A stretch of DNA of 64,000 nt from Lytechinus pictus (lineage: Eukaryota), in NCBI RefSeq assembly GCF_037042905.1, contig NC_087258.1:8246001-8310000 (forward strand). The letters run 5' to 3'. The notes beneath the pieces are model-generated. The model did no database searches. It worked only from the letters and a program-made list of their open reading frames with translations, and was not told the origin of the DNA. Position numbers and translations under genes: made by a program. Positions 9,909 through 23,378 of this stretch are shown one piece after another. The first letter of the stretch is position 1, and each line of letters opens with the position of its first letter.

Positions 9909-12900
9909 TTATTTACGAACTACAGCCCATCTCCGTCGAGCAATCAAGAATGCAAAGGTGAGGATGACGATTAAGCAGTTAATGGCGCCAAGAGTTAGAA
10001 ATACTGCTGTGTAAGACCCAGTTTTGTCCTTGATCAGACCTGAGGAATGAAATAAGATTGAAAAATAGTGATGCAACATTTACACAACAATAATACACGT
10101 GTTAATTTTCAATGCGCCTGTGGAGGTGTGTGCGGGTGAGTGTTTGTGGGTGTAAGTGTATGGTTAGTGTGGATGTATGTGGGTTAGGGTGTGTGTTTCG
10201 ATGCGGATACACATTCTTACCAGGGTTCTAGGGTTTGTTTCATTTAAAAAAAACAGATGGCCATGGGAATTCGCATCTTGTCATATGGTACATTAATCAC
10301 TCAAAATTCAGGTTACCAATAAAATGTTTTGTTTTTGTTCTCATTGAATTTGCATTTGTAATATACGTGGGGCCAGGCTCGACTAGCACTTGTGTTATTT
10401 TCTGGTCCCATTTACCATTGTATGTTTCTTACATTTATGTGTAACTATTAAGCAATTTGTTTCATAACCTGTGAACATGTGAATATTGTTGGTAAATTAA
10501 TCAATCAAATCAATGTATTTTACCATAGTAGTTACTTTAATGACCAAATTGCAGGATAAAGATCATTGTACTGCTATATTATACTCAAGCCCAAAGTTGT
10601 TTAATGTTATGAACAAACTATGGTTCTTACCCGAAAGTAGACTTCCAACACTTCCTCCGACGCCGTACATAAAACCAAAAATCCCTGATGCAACGGTGAA
10701 ATTTTCATTGGACACAGACCCCTTGATAAAAGCAGCCGAAGATATTCCAAAGCTGAAGATACACATCCCCTGGATAAATGCTGTGGCACACATAGTGGGA
10801 AAGGATGTTATCAACGGATCGAATAAGAAGGTAGTTGATGACACAATGCCCACAATCAGGAAAAAAAATATGAAGTCAAATTGGAAGAAGAGAACTGTAA
10901 CACATAAAATCCGTCCTAGAATGCCACCTCCACCAGCAATAGACGACAACAATACAGCTCTTGATATCGGAATCCCGTGCCATACCGCTCTTGGAACAAG
11001 GAATAGAATCCATGACTGTACTACGACTGATGCGAAAAAGAGACAGGGCAGTGAAATAAGTAAAAGTGGTTCCCGGATGATAATGGAATCCCGAAGCCAC
11101 CGATATAATCGAACTGTCCAGCCCCGATCTTCGCGATTTTTCGAGGTTGCTCTTGATGATGAAACGTCATCTGACCTATATCGCTCTTCATCCATTGTAG
11201 TCATCATCAAGTCTTCTCCATCACCGTCATCATCTGGATCAATTAACGGTTCTTCCCAACTGTTTCCTTGTTTCTGTGTCTTTGTGGATTTCTGATAACC
11301 TCGCTTACCTGTTCTGGCAGACCTAAGAGCACAACTGGCTGCAATAGCATGCATGCTGATACCTCCAAGGATGAGCATGGAGCCACTAAATCCATAGGCG
11401 TCTAGCGCCCGCTCGATGATGACCGGAACCAGTAATGCACCGGCAGTGCTTCCGAGGTTGCCTATGGCGTTCATAAGTACGAACCTTCCCTGAAAGTAAT
11501 CGTTGAGTAAGACCTTGGTTGGTAGATATCCCATCGACAGTCCAAATCCTAGAGAAGAGAAGAGAAAGAGGAAAGTGGAAAATGTAAGAGAATTGGCAAT
11601 TTTGAACCACAGTTATTTTCTGATCGCATATTAAAGAGAAATTCCAGTAGTTGCAGTAAACACTGATTTCATGAGAAAGTCTGTAAAACCAGGCTTAATT
11701 GTCAGTATATCATCGAGGATCTAGATCTGGTACAGTTACATAAACTGAACTTTGTGAAATATTGATATCTACGCTGAAAAATGTTCAGACTGAACTTCCC
11801 CAACACAGATAAGCGCACGTGGGACTGTGTATAATTATTGCTTTGAGCGTCGGGCCCGACGCTCTACCCGAATCCTGTGCTTATTTGCTGATTTCTCAGC
11901 AATTACACAATTTCTTCCAGAATCCTTTGGCACATGCGTTTTATTTATGCAAACAGACACTTTGGTGGTCATTTCATTGGATTCTGTACGAACTCATTTT
12001 GGTATCGTTACCAAAACTAGCATTTACATTTAAGCAAACATTTTTTACTGTTGTAAGTTCAAAAAACATGTCATGGATACATTAAACTTAGTCGTCATGG
12101 CTAACTTTAATCATCTTGGCAATAAGACAACTATATCCAAAATGTGAATGTCATCAAGGTGATGTAAATCATCTAAGCAAATGAATGTTAAAAAAACAAG
12201 TTTTTAATATACGATAAGATATATTATATTCCCCAGTGAATCGGATCAACCCGAAACTGTAAATGGGGGCGACGCGTCGTGGTCTTGTGGTTAGGAATCT
12301 CGTCTTTCAGTGAGAGGGACGTGGGTTTGAATCTCAGCCACAGCGTGTTTTCCTTCAGCAAGAAATCTATCCACATTGTGTTGCACTCAACCCAGTATAG
12401 GTGAATGGGTACCCGGCAGGATTAATTCCTTGAATGCACCAAGCGCCTTTAGCAGCTGGAGCTACAGCCGGCATGGCCGGGATAATATAATACAGTAGTG
12501 TGCCAATGAAGAGAAAACTAGATGCATAGGCGCCTCATAAATGCTAGGCCTATATATTATTGTCGACAGGGTGATATAAAACATCTCACCAAGTTTATGA
12601 CAAGCCTTCAACAACTACTAGTAGAGTAGGCCTAAATTGCTTTCTACTTTCATTTTTATAAAACCTTTTTGGTCAAATATGACAAATCAACTGGAGACAA
12701 CAACACCACCACAAGTTGGTTGCCACGGAGGAATTTGTCTTTCCAAGCAGACTTCCCAAAAATGGTAAATCGATATTGCAAGATACATGCTTATCAAATA
12801 TCAAGTCGATCCAGCAAAAAATGTCTTACTGGTCCTAGTTTCTTGCCAAGCCGACTTCTCCGAAACTTTAAGTCGACATGGCGACACAGATCTTCTAAAA

Positions 12901-15900
12901 AGTAAATATTTGTAAGCGACAAACTACTTCACATTTTATTTCAAAATATTTAACTGATTTCCATATTTGACCAAAGTAATTCACAATACATTTTGACGCT
13001 TTAAAGTCATGTCAGTTGTTTGACATCAATTTCATTTGATTACTATTTGACAAAATATTAGAAGGTAGCGAAGAATCCTTCATTCAAAGTTTATTCTTCA
13101 TATTTGTCTGTATAAAATTACCTGTTAAAGCAAGACAGAATCCAAGAGCAGTTACCGAAGTCAGATAGCCAGCTATGATGATTCCTGACGATGCCAGGAT
13201 AGCTCCAATAACCGCCATAACACGAACAGATACGCAACTACTCTTCAGTACATACGCCACGGGTAAAGCTACAAGTGGAAAGAGGATATTGGGAGGAAAA
13301 CCATACGAGAATTAATTTTAAAATTTTGAGATGAACTTTAAAGGTATGGTCCGGGCTGAAAATATTTATATCTTAATACATAGAGTACTGAGTAGAATTC
13401 ACTGAGCAAAATGCCGAAAATTTTATCAAAATCGGATAACAAAATGATAAAGTTATTGAAGTTTAAAGTTTAGCAATATTTTGTGAAAACAGTCGTCATG
13501 AATATTCATTAGGTGGGCTGATGATGTCACATCTCCACTTTCCGTTTTCTTATGTTATTACACAAAATCACAATTTTTTCATTATTTCATACTTGTGTGA
13601 ATAATACGTCTCCCTTATGAAATAAGTTGCAGCAATAAATATCTAATGCACTAAATCAGTTATCAATCCAATTTTTCTAGTTCTTGGAGGAAAAAATTTG
13701 AATAAACCTAATTTCATATAATAAAATACAAAAGAACAAGTGGGGAAGTGACATCATCAGACCAACTAATGAATATTCATGACGACTGTTTTCACAAAAT
13801 ATTGCTAAACTTTAAAATTCAATAACTTTGTTATTTGTTATCCGATTTTGATGAAATTTTCGGCATTTTGCTCAGTGAATTCTACTCTATTTATTAAGCT
13901 ATAAATACTGTCAGCCCGGACCATCCCTTTAATAGTGATATATTAGGTTCACTTTATTAAACGAAAGTTAATCGTTCAAATCGGATATGGCCCATAAATT
14001 ACCTATGCCACAAAAGTAGGGAGGGAATGGAAGTTTACCTGATAAACATTTAAAAGAGGAAAAGCAGAGTAACAAAAAAGTAAACACGAGCAAAGAGAGG
14101 GGGAGAGATAGTGCGTGCACTGGCAGTCAGAAAAACGGCCCAGATGGATAGGGGGTAGGAGAGCAATATATATAGAGAGGGAGAGAGGGGGGCAAAGAGA
14201 GGGGGAGAGTGAGAGAAAAAAAAGTATCGAGGAAGAGGGGGTAGAAGAAAATATTTAGTACCCCCCCCCCCCACACACACACCGTGTCACCCCCCCCCCC
14301 CCAACCCATCACAAGTGCCCATTAATAGTTCGGTGAATGCGAGACAGTGATTATTTCATCCACTATAACCAAACCTTTGATATTTTTTGTTAAAAGTCAT
14401 TCTCCTATTCTTTTTCTAAATATATCATTTTAATGCAATGACAAAAAAGGGATCAAATGCCAATTTCCACACTTCTATACTTACAACTTCCCTGCGTCAA
14501 AACACCATGAACAGGCGCGTATCCAGCTTCAGATGCTCCGTTTTATGGGCTCAATTGTCAGGGGACAAATACTCGATAGTGACTCTATTATGCTTCTGTG
14601 CATTAGCCCATACATTTCTTTGTCAAAGCAGATTTACAAGGATGAAAATAAATGGTGGCACAATCCCTTGGGGGGGGGGGGGGGCAAGGAGAAGGGAAAA
14701 GAAATCAGCCCTCATGCCGTAATAACCTTAACAGCGTAATATGAAATGCCGGGAAAATTAACAATTTATTATTTCAACAATCAATTAAGTCCAACAATCA
14801 TATTCGGGAAATTCAGAATGAGAATTTTTGAAGAAGTGTCATGTCAGTGCACAGTGGTTCACTCCTTGCATTATAGATCATATATGATCAAATCAGTGCC
14901 AATTTACTCCTTTTGAAAATAACATATTTGTATTTCCTTGAACCGACGCGTCGGTTCAAGGAAATACAAATATGTTGTAGAATTGTCTTAATTTATTGTT
15001 TATTGTCTCTAGTATAAACCGCCGTTCTACTCACGACTTCAACACATATCAGTGCGCGACTCATAATTCTTAGATATGATGTCCCTCGCTTCTTTTCGTT
15101 TCCTCGCCTTATGAATATTAGGTTCAAAAGGAACATTAACTCAATCATCACAATCTTTGGATCCCCCTACTCATTACATCACTATGAATTTTATTATGAA
15201 TTGAATTGACTCGTAATAATCCATGTGCATAACTATCTCTTGCTTTATTTTATGTTGCCCTGTATACTGTTCGTCTAGGACAGATAACCTGGGCTTCTTG
15301 TAATTGTTTCCTCTTTTATTAATAAAAAATGCTGGATACGCTAATGGTGAATGATTATTACAACCATTGGACGTTACAGCAGGATGCATGGTGGCACACA
15401 AACTCTGAAGTTAGTCGTGTACTTTTGAATATTTCTGACAATCTGTCTTGAGCAGTGATCTTGAATCATATAGGGATCCAACATCATGCAAAAATAAGAA
15501 CATATATTAAGTGCTAATTACAAGGATTTAAGGTTGGATGGAATAGATTTTGATTAACATTCAAGCCACCTTTAGTTTTTCGCTTTGGAGCCCCGCTTTG
15601 TACAACAGATGGGCCTACTAAACTGCTTCCAGACACTTAAAATCAGTGATTCACATGGGTTTTTTTTACATTACAACTTTATAAGCTAATCTCGTACTCG
15701 AAAATTTGAAATTCAATATCGTTTGAACTCACATCCAAACAACATCACCGCCGTGGGCATGCTACACACTAGGCCCAAAGACGATGCGTCCGTGGAAAAC
15801 ACAATTAGCATCGTTGGAATCAAAACTCCTAGCGACTTCATCGTAGCTACCTCAACGAACTGGACGATGAATTTACTCAAAACGATGACGTATTTCCATT

Positions 15901-15940
15901 TATCTTCTGATTCTTGAATGCCCTCCATCTTAGAAAACAT
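9909..15940 (-). CDS. Monocarboxylate transporter (SLC16/MCT-like, MFS), 4 exons, ~467 aa
   Basis: Exons 15940-15733, 13268-13122, 11548-10631 and 10039-9909; all GT-AG, all phase 1, total 1404 nt. Starts MFSKMEGIQESEDKWKYVIVLSKF..., has YFQGRFVLMNAIG, LDAYGFSGSMLILGGI and a long polar central loop, and ends GLIKDKTGSYTAVF...VVRK*. Two blocks of hydrophobic segments as expected for MFS. Confidence 0.9.
12266..12561 (+). mobile_element. tRNA-derived SINE (same family as 44051-44340)
   Basis: GCGTCGTGGTCTTGTGGTTAGG (A box), GGTTTGAATCTC (B box) and body TGCACTCAACCCAG...GAATGGGTACCCGGCAGGATTAATTCCTTG shared with the minus-strand copy at 44 kb. Confidence 0.75.
13342..13928. mobile_element. Kolobok-like MITE, family 1 (TTAA TSD, AGG termini)
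   Basis: TTAA|AGGTATGGTCCGGGCTGA...TCAGCCCGGACCATCCCT|TTAA with ~200-bp imperfect TIRs. Second copy at 33502-34069; fragments near 56417-56640 and 63170-63320. Confidence 0.8.
14921..14976. repeat. Perfect spacerless 56-bp palindrome in MCT intron 1
   Basis: AACATATTTGTATTTCCTTGAACCGACG|CGTCGGTTCAAGGAAATACAAATATGTT. Confidence 0.95.
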
Positions 15941-16614
15941 TCACTGTACTGTCGCTGAAAATGTTGGCATTTAGTTTTAGAATAATTGTAGACCGTATCT
16001 GGTCATACATAGGTAATCCGCCATAACTGATAATACACGATACGTTGAATTCTGTTGACACGTCTGTTTTCGCTTGACCATTGACATGGTTGACGAAATA
16101 TTAACGAGAGATGTGTATATTTATTGAAGTTAGATATAGCACTATGAAACTAACGTTAGCATGAAGGACAGGCGGCCAAGTCAGGCTGCATTCACACCTA
16201 CGAAATTCACAGTCATTACAATGAAATATCCATTAATATACCAGCAATACAATGGACAAAGGGGGGACCTTAAATGGCAAGACGAGATAACTCAATAGTC
16301 CTTATTTGGGTTAAGAACTCATGCATGGTATATAGAAAATGCTATTGTAATGTAAAGCTGCCACGTCCCTCGAAAATGCTATTGTAATGTAAAGCTGCCA
16401 CGTCCCTTGACTCCGAGGGACGTGGCAGCTTTACATTACCATGCATGGGACGTACAGTTTGGCTATTCACAGATAACCTTGGGGTTGGCTGGTCACATTA
16501 TGTCAAATAAATCTAAAAGTAAATTGTTGTACTCAAAATGTTAAAAAAATTCGTTCGCTCGCATTATTTTTTTAAAACTTAGTTGTTACATCCACCATAA
16601 TTTGGCACCCTCAA

Positions 16615-17044
16615 CCCAAAAAGGACTGGGGGCCATGAAGCCCCCCCCCCCGACGCTTCGCGCGATATTTCCGAAACGCAAAAAGATAGCGCCGCAAAAT
16701 TTTATGACTTTTTTCTTTGAAGTCTCGCGCAATTTTTAAGACTAAATTCGCAAAATATGGGTATACCACCGCGACGAAATGAGAAAAAAAAAATGAAGTG
16801 AAATAGGGTGTTAAATATGCAAATAATATTTTTCATTAATAAATTTGCATATTTTATTCAAAATGATTAAAAGATTTTTTTTTCAGATTTTTTTTATACT
16901 AGCTTGTAGTTTATGTTTTAAAGAATATGCGTGCCACATTTCGGCAAGATCGCGTGAACGGCGGCCGAGATCAGAAGAGGGCCATCATGCCCCCCCCCCC
17001 CCCCCCCCAGTCCTCACATCTCAAATAGCTCAGTCCTTTTAGGG
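16615..17044. mobile_element. piggyBac-like MITE
   Basis: TCAA|CCCAAAAAGGACTG ... CAGTCCTTTTAGGG|TTAA: CCC/GGG termini with a TTAA-like TSD. Confidence 0.6.
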
Positions 17045-17444
17045 TTAAAACTGTTTTCTCGTTACGCCGGTTCTATGACATATGCTCCAGCGAGAATTGC
17101 TCCGCTTATTTCACTACCAACAAATTATCATTATTACACTTAAAATAACAAGATGTCATATTATTAATTACAATCAATAATAAATGAAGCATGACATTAA
17201 AATATCGGATTTTCGCTGATGTGCATGTTGCATGTTAGTGTTTTTTCAACCCACGATCGACACTAATTTTTCGAGTTCGGTCGTCAATTTTTCTTGCAGA
17301 ATTTTGGATTTACAATGAAACCTTAGGAAACTTCTGTCAAATTAAAGGAAGTGGAAATAATAGAGGAATAAACTGAATATATGTGGAGGCAAGCACACAG
17401 TACAGCAGGGGAAGACCTGTTTCAATGTCCCTTTGTTATATTAA

Positions 17445-17447
<3 letters not shown>

Positions 17448-17493
<46 letters not shown>
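17448..17493. repeat. (TA)n microsatellite
   Basis: Dinucleotide run. Confidence 0.95.
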
Positions 17494-17496
<3 letters not shown>

Positions 17497-17577
17497 AAAT
17501 GATCTCCTCATTATAAGTAGGTTCAAACAAAGAAAAGTATAAAAACTCCGTGGACAGTAATATTTTAATATACTACT

Positions 17578-19008
17578 GGGGCGGTATTCTGAAAACCGTG
17601 TTAGTGCAAAAAACGGTGTTAGCTAACACGATTGGTATTCTGAAAATCGTGTTAGCACGAAAAACACGTGGCCCAAGTGGTAACACCGCGCAGGTCATGA
17701 AAAAAGCAGTGCGCAACGCGCAAACTCCATATGCGGTGTTAAGGAGGAAGATAACACGAAATTTGGTATTCTGAAAATGGTGTTAGCTAAAATTTTGTTC
17801 AAAGATAACACGAACATTTAACACAGCGTTAAGGAGAGGTTAAGTTGAGGCTGACGATGGCTGCAATTTTTCTAGCAGACGCAAACGTCAACAAGAACAT
17901 ATACGGGCATATAGCTATCGCCTTTCAGAATTTACTGTAATTTTCTTTCATTTTCCAGCTTTATTTTCCATCTACCTTTCTCTGTACTGACAGTGATTAA
18001 AGTTCAACAACAATTTCTTTGGAATTGTGAAATACACTTTAAGTGCATCTTTAACTTAGGTTAATTCAAATTATTACCATATGCTCATGTGTTATTTATT
18101 TGGTTCCTTTTTGCCAAAATATAAAAAAAGACCAAATTAGAGGAAGAAAATTAAAAACGTCTTTAAAAAAGTACAAACAGAAATTAAAAAGAAAAAATAT
18201 TAGCGATCGATTGGGGAACTCTTCTGCAATATTCATAATTTTTTAAACCCTTTCCAATGATTACAATTTTTTAGACTCTCAATGCTCCTAGGTTATCCTA
18301 AATTCATCTTTCCCGCCAGTCAATCTATTTGCTTCAGATGTGAGGGGAGGTACGTCGGGCAAAAGTGAAAAAAATAGGCTCCTATATTTTTTTTTGGCTG
18401 ATCGCTATACATCAAATTTTGATAAAGAAAAAATATACAATTTTGTATGTTTGATATTTCTATGTCAGGTTTATTTTTTCTTAAAGTGCTTTCATACTTG
18501 TCAAAATTTGCATTGCATATTTATTTTTTCAAGTTCTCAAAATTATTGGGGGCATGTATAAATTATACTTGCCCCCATATTTTAGGGGCGATCGTCCCCT
18601 GCCCGCTCCACACTCGATCGAGGCCTGTGTCTCCTGTCATAATTTCGTATCCATGCTGTCTGAAATAATCCATTCTTAATTGTCACAATCACCCCTCCCA
18701 ACGTTTCTTTCTAGCTCTAAATTTTATTTAGCTCTATGCGCTTACAAAATAATGTCACAATGCAGGCTTCGTGTAACCGAGCGCGCACTCCCCTTTCCCC
18801 TGAAAATTTTGTGCGATTTGTTTCTTTAACAGCGCATTTGATTGGATTAAATAGATGCAGAGTGGGAGGAGCCGAAGATAACACGAAATGAGATAACACG
18901 CAGATAACACGACAATACCGATTTGGGGGTATGTTAGGGGCGTGTTAAATCAGAGAGATAACACGATATTTAACACCAAAGTTAACACGATTTTCAGAAT
19001 ACCGCCCC
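17578..19008. mobile_element. Non-autonomous DNA transposon (PIF/Harbinger-like GGGGCGG termini)
   Basis: TIR GGGGCGGTATTCTGAAAAYCGTGTTA / TAACACGATTTTCAGAATACCGCCCC; repeated AACACG subterminal motifs. Confidence 0.7.
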
Positions 19009-19831
19009 TAGCCTGTCTTCTTTCGTTTCCCCTTTATGACGTATCCTTTTCGTCATCCTTTGTGCGCTTTTGCTCACTGTTTTGGATACGCGCATCTTTA
19101 TTACCGTGTTTACACTTAATCGGCTTTTGAATCGGCTAGCGGTTCTGAACCGCGAGCCGATGCAGCATCGGCTTTTTCATAGCGTGTAAACGCGAGTAAC
19201 TTGCATCGGTTCGCGGTTCAGAACCGGCAATTTGCACCACCAAAGTAGTAGGTTTAGAACCGCGAGCCGATGCAGAATCGGCTTTTTTACTACGTGTAAA
19301 CAGAAAGCCGATTCTGCATCGGCAATTTGTGCGCATTTCATTTACTTTACCATTGTGACGTAATTGTAAGCGCACTGATCCAGCGTTGTCTTTATTATGA
19401 CGTATATTGTTGGTGTGCGTATCATTTCAGGTTTTTGCATCGGCTCGCGGTTCTGAATAGTTCAGATTCTGAACAATTTTATTTAAGAGCAAAAAACTTT
19501 TTTCCTCGCCCGTACAATTCGGGATCACGCCATCTCTCGGCCTGGCAGCGGTTGGGGGATTGCTCTTAAAGGACAAGTCCACCCCAACAAAAAGCTGATT
19601 TGAATAGAAAGAGAAAAATCAAACAAGCATAACACTGAAAATTTCATCAAAATCGGATGTAAAATAAGAAAGTTATGACATTTTAAAGTTTCGCTTCATT
19701 TCACAAAACAGTTAAATGCACACCCTGTTCGGTATGCAAATGAGGGAACCGATGACATCACCCACTCACTATTTCTTTTGTATTTTATTATATGAAATAT
19801 GAAATATTTTGATTTTCTCGTCACTGTCATG

Positions 19832-21650
19832 CACTGGCGTAAATCCGTGTTGAGGGGTGGGGGGGATGACTGAAATATTTTGGCTTTTTTTTTTTTATCA
19901 TGTTTTTAGATATGCAAGGAATTGTAATTGATATGTCCACAGTGGCATACCGTGGGTCACGGCATTGTGGGGGCACCAGCAAAATTTTCGAATCACTGAG
20001 TGAGCGCGCGAAGCGCGCTCGGTTGCTAGTTATTCTGACCTAATAGAGACATTTTAAGGACAATATCATTGAACGGATATGTATCTCACCCGGGGGGGCC
20101 ACTTCCATTGACGAGTGGATACCATGCGCGACCATGGGGTCTCGAAAAGCACCCTAAACACGTATTTTCCATATTCTGAAACTGATCAAATAATGCGAGC
20201 GCGAAGCGCGAGCTGAATTTTTTATATTCACACCTAAGAAGGGACATTATAATCAAATTTGTGTAATCATGATAGGTACCTGTCTCGCTAAACAATGCGA
20301 GCGCGAAGCGCGAGCTGAAATTTTCGTATATTTTGACCCCAAACAGCGAGATTTTAAGGAATATATTTTAGGAATCCATTAAGAGTATGCATATCTCACC
20401 ATAGTCATCTAATGCAAGTGCCAAGCGCTTGCTGATTTTATTAGAATTACATCTGAACACATGAAACACTTTTTGTACTCATTGCAATCATGATTATCAT
20501 ACGCATCTCACTAATCAAATATTGCGAGCGTGAAGCGCGAGCTGAAAATTTAGATAATTTAGATAATTAAGACCTGAAGTGGGGCATTCTAAGGTTTCTT
20601 TGTAGGAATTAACTAGGACCATACGTATTTCATTAACCAAATGATGCGAGCGCGAAGCGCGAGCTGAAAATTTTTGATATTCAGATCAGAAGAAGGGACA
20701 TTTCAAGGACTGATTTTAGAAATTCATGAAGAGCAGACTTATCTCACCAATCCACTAATGCGAACGTAATCACGGACAGGAAATGTTTCATATATAAGAA
20801 GACCTTAACATGGGGCAATCAATTTTTGAGTCATGAAAAAGAAGCATATGTCACTACATAAAACAATGATAACTCAAGTGCTAGGAAATATATTTTGTTT
20901 ATATTGACTTGAAAACGGGATGTTTCAGTACAACAGGATTATATATCTCGTTAGCAGACAATGCGAGCACCAGGAACTATGAAGACGTAGGCCCTGGGCA
21001 AATTATGTTTCATGAAGTTATGATAAAAATATTTCTTATGTAATGTAACATAACATAATTATAATACAACATTATAATGAATAATATTTTCTTCTTTCCC
21101 ACTACGTTTCTCTTCCTTTCTCCCTCTTTTCTATTTTTCCCCATTTCCCCGTTTTTGTTTTGGTCAGCCGATGGGGGGGGGGAGCATGTGCCCCCCATGC
21201 CCCCCCCCCCCCGTAGTTACGCCACTGTATGTCCATATGGCAAATACCCCTCCAATATTATTATCTTTTTACCCCATGATGGTTTAATTATTTATTAGAG
21301 ATTACATTGAAAAAAAAATTGACATTCCATCTTAATCCCCTCCCAAAGACCCCAACATTGATGAATTGGAAGAAACAGGGATTTCTCTTCAATGTTATAA
21401 TAAGGACATAAGTATTTCGTTTGGAAATGGTGAACTGGCTCTTTATTTGCATTTTATGATTCAATAATATTGTTTTATTTGTTAAGCGGTATTTTAGGAA
21501 GAATTTTCACCAATAAAACAATTATCTCTTGTGATTTTTTTTTTATTTCTTTCGTAAAAAGTGGGGGGGATGTTTGTACAGGCCATCCCCCCCTCCTCGA
21601 AAAGTGGGGGGGATATATCCCCCCCATCCCCCCCGGGATTTACGCCAGTG
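19832..21650. mobile_element. hAT-like MITE (nest level 4)
   Basis: 15-bp perfect TIR CACTGGCGTAAATCC; 8-bp TSD CTGTCATG (19824-19831, 21651-21658). Confidence 0.85.
19940..21227. mobile_element. hAT-like element (nest level 5); same family as 29582-30581 in the opposite orientation
   Basis: CAGTGGCATA...TACGCCACTG; 8-bp TSD TATGTCCA (19932-19939, 21228-21235); GCGAGCGCGAAGCGCGAGC motifs. Confidence 0.85.
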
Positions 21651-22835
21651 CTGTCATGTGAAACAAAGTTTAGTTCCTCCCTGAATACATGGAATTCCAT
21701 TATTTTAACATTTTGTGGTTCAAGCAAGGGGGTCCTAATTGTCAAATTCATAAAAATTGAAATATTGTATAATTCAAACAATAAAAAACAAAAGAAATAG
21801 TGAGTGAGTGACATCATCGACTCTCTCATTTGGATGTAACTGGCTCGTTCATATAACTATTTTGTTAAAAATAAGCGAAACTTTAAAATGTCATAACTTG
21901 ATTATTTTACATCCGATTTTGATGAAGTTTTCAGCGTTATTCATGTTTGATTTTTCTCTTTTTATTCAAATCAGCTTTTTGTTGGGGTGGACTTGTCCTT
22001 TAAATAAAATCGTTCAGAATCTGAACTAGGTTCTGAACCGCGAGCTGTAACAACGTGTAAACGCAAACCAAAAGCCGATGCAGAATCGGCTTTTGGGTCT
22101 GAACCAAAAGCCGATCAAGTGTAAACACGGTATATGATGCATTATTTTGACGCAATCCAATAAATTTGTCATAACTTGACAAAGCCCTATGGGCGAAAAT
22201 TCGTTAAAATATTACTGTCCACGGAGTTTTTATACTTTTCTTTGTTTGAACCTATATATATACATATATATATTTATATTTGATTTTCTTTTTATTTTTA
22301 GTGGGGGTGCATATGAAACTCTTGCCGTATTGGGTGGGCCCAAGTTCCAATCACTATACCCTCTCATAAACCTAACATTAAAACCTATTGCAACCCTAAC
22401 CCTATAGGCCTAACTTAGACGAAATAAAGCAGGGAACAAATTTAGATTCAAATTCAATTCGGTTTTATTAAAATATATTCATCAAAAGGTCCGAAGACTA
22501 ACAATGTGAGTTCACAAACAAATTTCAAAAGCATAATATATATATATTATGCTTTTTAAATTTAAATATATATAATACATGTTCCATTTAAACAAATAAA
22601 TATAAAACATGTTCCATAATGCAATAACCTTGTAAAAAAAAGTAAATAAAAAGTGCAGGTGTGTATAATGAAACAGACTGAATTTAAAAAAATAACCGAG
22701 GACATAAAAACCCCACTGGCGTATATATTACAAAGTCAAAGTAGAAAATGCATAATCATTTTTAAAAAGCATATTGCACATGTACATATACAGTAGTAGT
22801 GTAGTACATAACATTATAGGCTTATAAGAGAGTCA

Positions 22836-22839
<4 letters not shown>

Positions 22840-22869
<30 letters not shown>
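22840..22869. repeat. (GA)n microsatellite followed by purine-rich low-complexity sequence
   Basis: Dinucleotide run. Confidence 0.9.
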
Positions 22870-22872
<3 letters not shown>

Positions 22873-23217
22873 GATTCAGTAGAATAGGCAAGCAGGTGAG
22901 GAGCAAGAAAGAGGAGCAAGCAGGGCAAGAAAAAGTATGAGAAAAGAGATGGAGACGGACCAAGGATAAAAGAAAGAAGAAATGAAGGGAAAGGGGAAAA
23001 GAAATAGGTCGATATAAAAGTACATGTAGCAGATGTCGTGTCACCCGATAGGCCAATGTCCCTCACACTGTCACACACAATAGTCAATACATGTATCTGG
23101 GCTCCGTAACACAAGGTTTGCGATTAATAGTAAAAATAATAATAGTAATAATAATAATAGAGTAATAATAGCAGGGCCCGCTGGGAGAAAATTTTTCAGA
23201 ACTGAAGTGGCTACCGT

Positions 23218-23378
23218 NNNNNNNNNNNNNNNNNNNNNNNNNNNNNNNNNNNNNNNNNNNNNNNNNNNNNNNNNNNNNNNNNNNNNNNNNNNNNNNNNNN
23301 NNNNNNNNNNNNNNNNNNNNNNNNNNNNNNNNNNNNNNNNNNNNNNNNNNNNNNNNNNNNNNNNNNNNNNNNNNNNNN
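23218..23378. other. Assembly gap (161 N)
   Basis: Run of N. Confidence 1.

Larger units (their letters stand above)
19570..21999. mobile_element. Kolobok-like MITE, family 2 (nest level 3)
   Basis: TTAA|AGGACAAGTCCACCCCAACAAAAAG ... CTTTTTGTTGGGGTGGACTTGTCCT|TTAA; ~600 bp without its insert, matching the copies at 31162 and 32755. Confidence 0.85.
19104..22130. mobile_element. TA-flanked MITE with CCGTGTTTACAC termini (nest level 2)
   Basis: TA|CCGTGTTTACACTT.ATCGGCTTTTG ... CAAAAGCCGATCAAGTGTAAACACGG|TA. Repeated GAACCGCGAGCCGATGCAG motifs; its internal palindrome is split by a Kolobok-like insertion. Confidence 0.75.
17520..22252. mobile_element. Outer MITE (TA-flanked, 49-bp perfect TIR) hosting a nest of five other elements
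   Basis: TA|GGTTCAAACAAAGAAAAGTATAAAAACTCCGTGGACAGTAATATTTTAA (17520-17568) and its exact reverse complement at 22204-22252|TA. About 280 bp remain once the inserts are removed. Confidence 0.8.

Noticed and set aside
10513-11295. 260-aa + strand ORF
   Set aside because: Antisense shadow of MCT exon 3; no recognisable domain.
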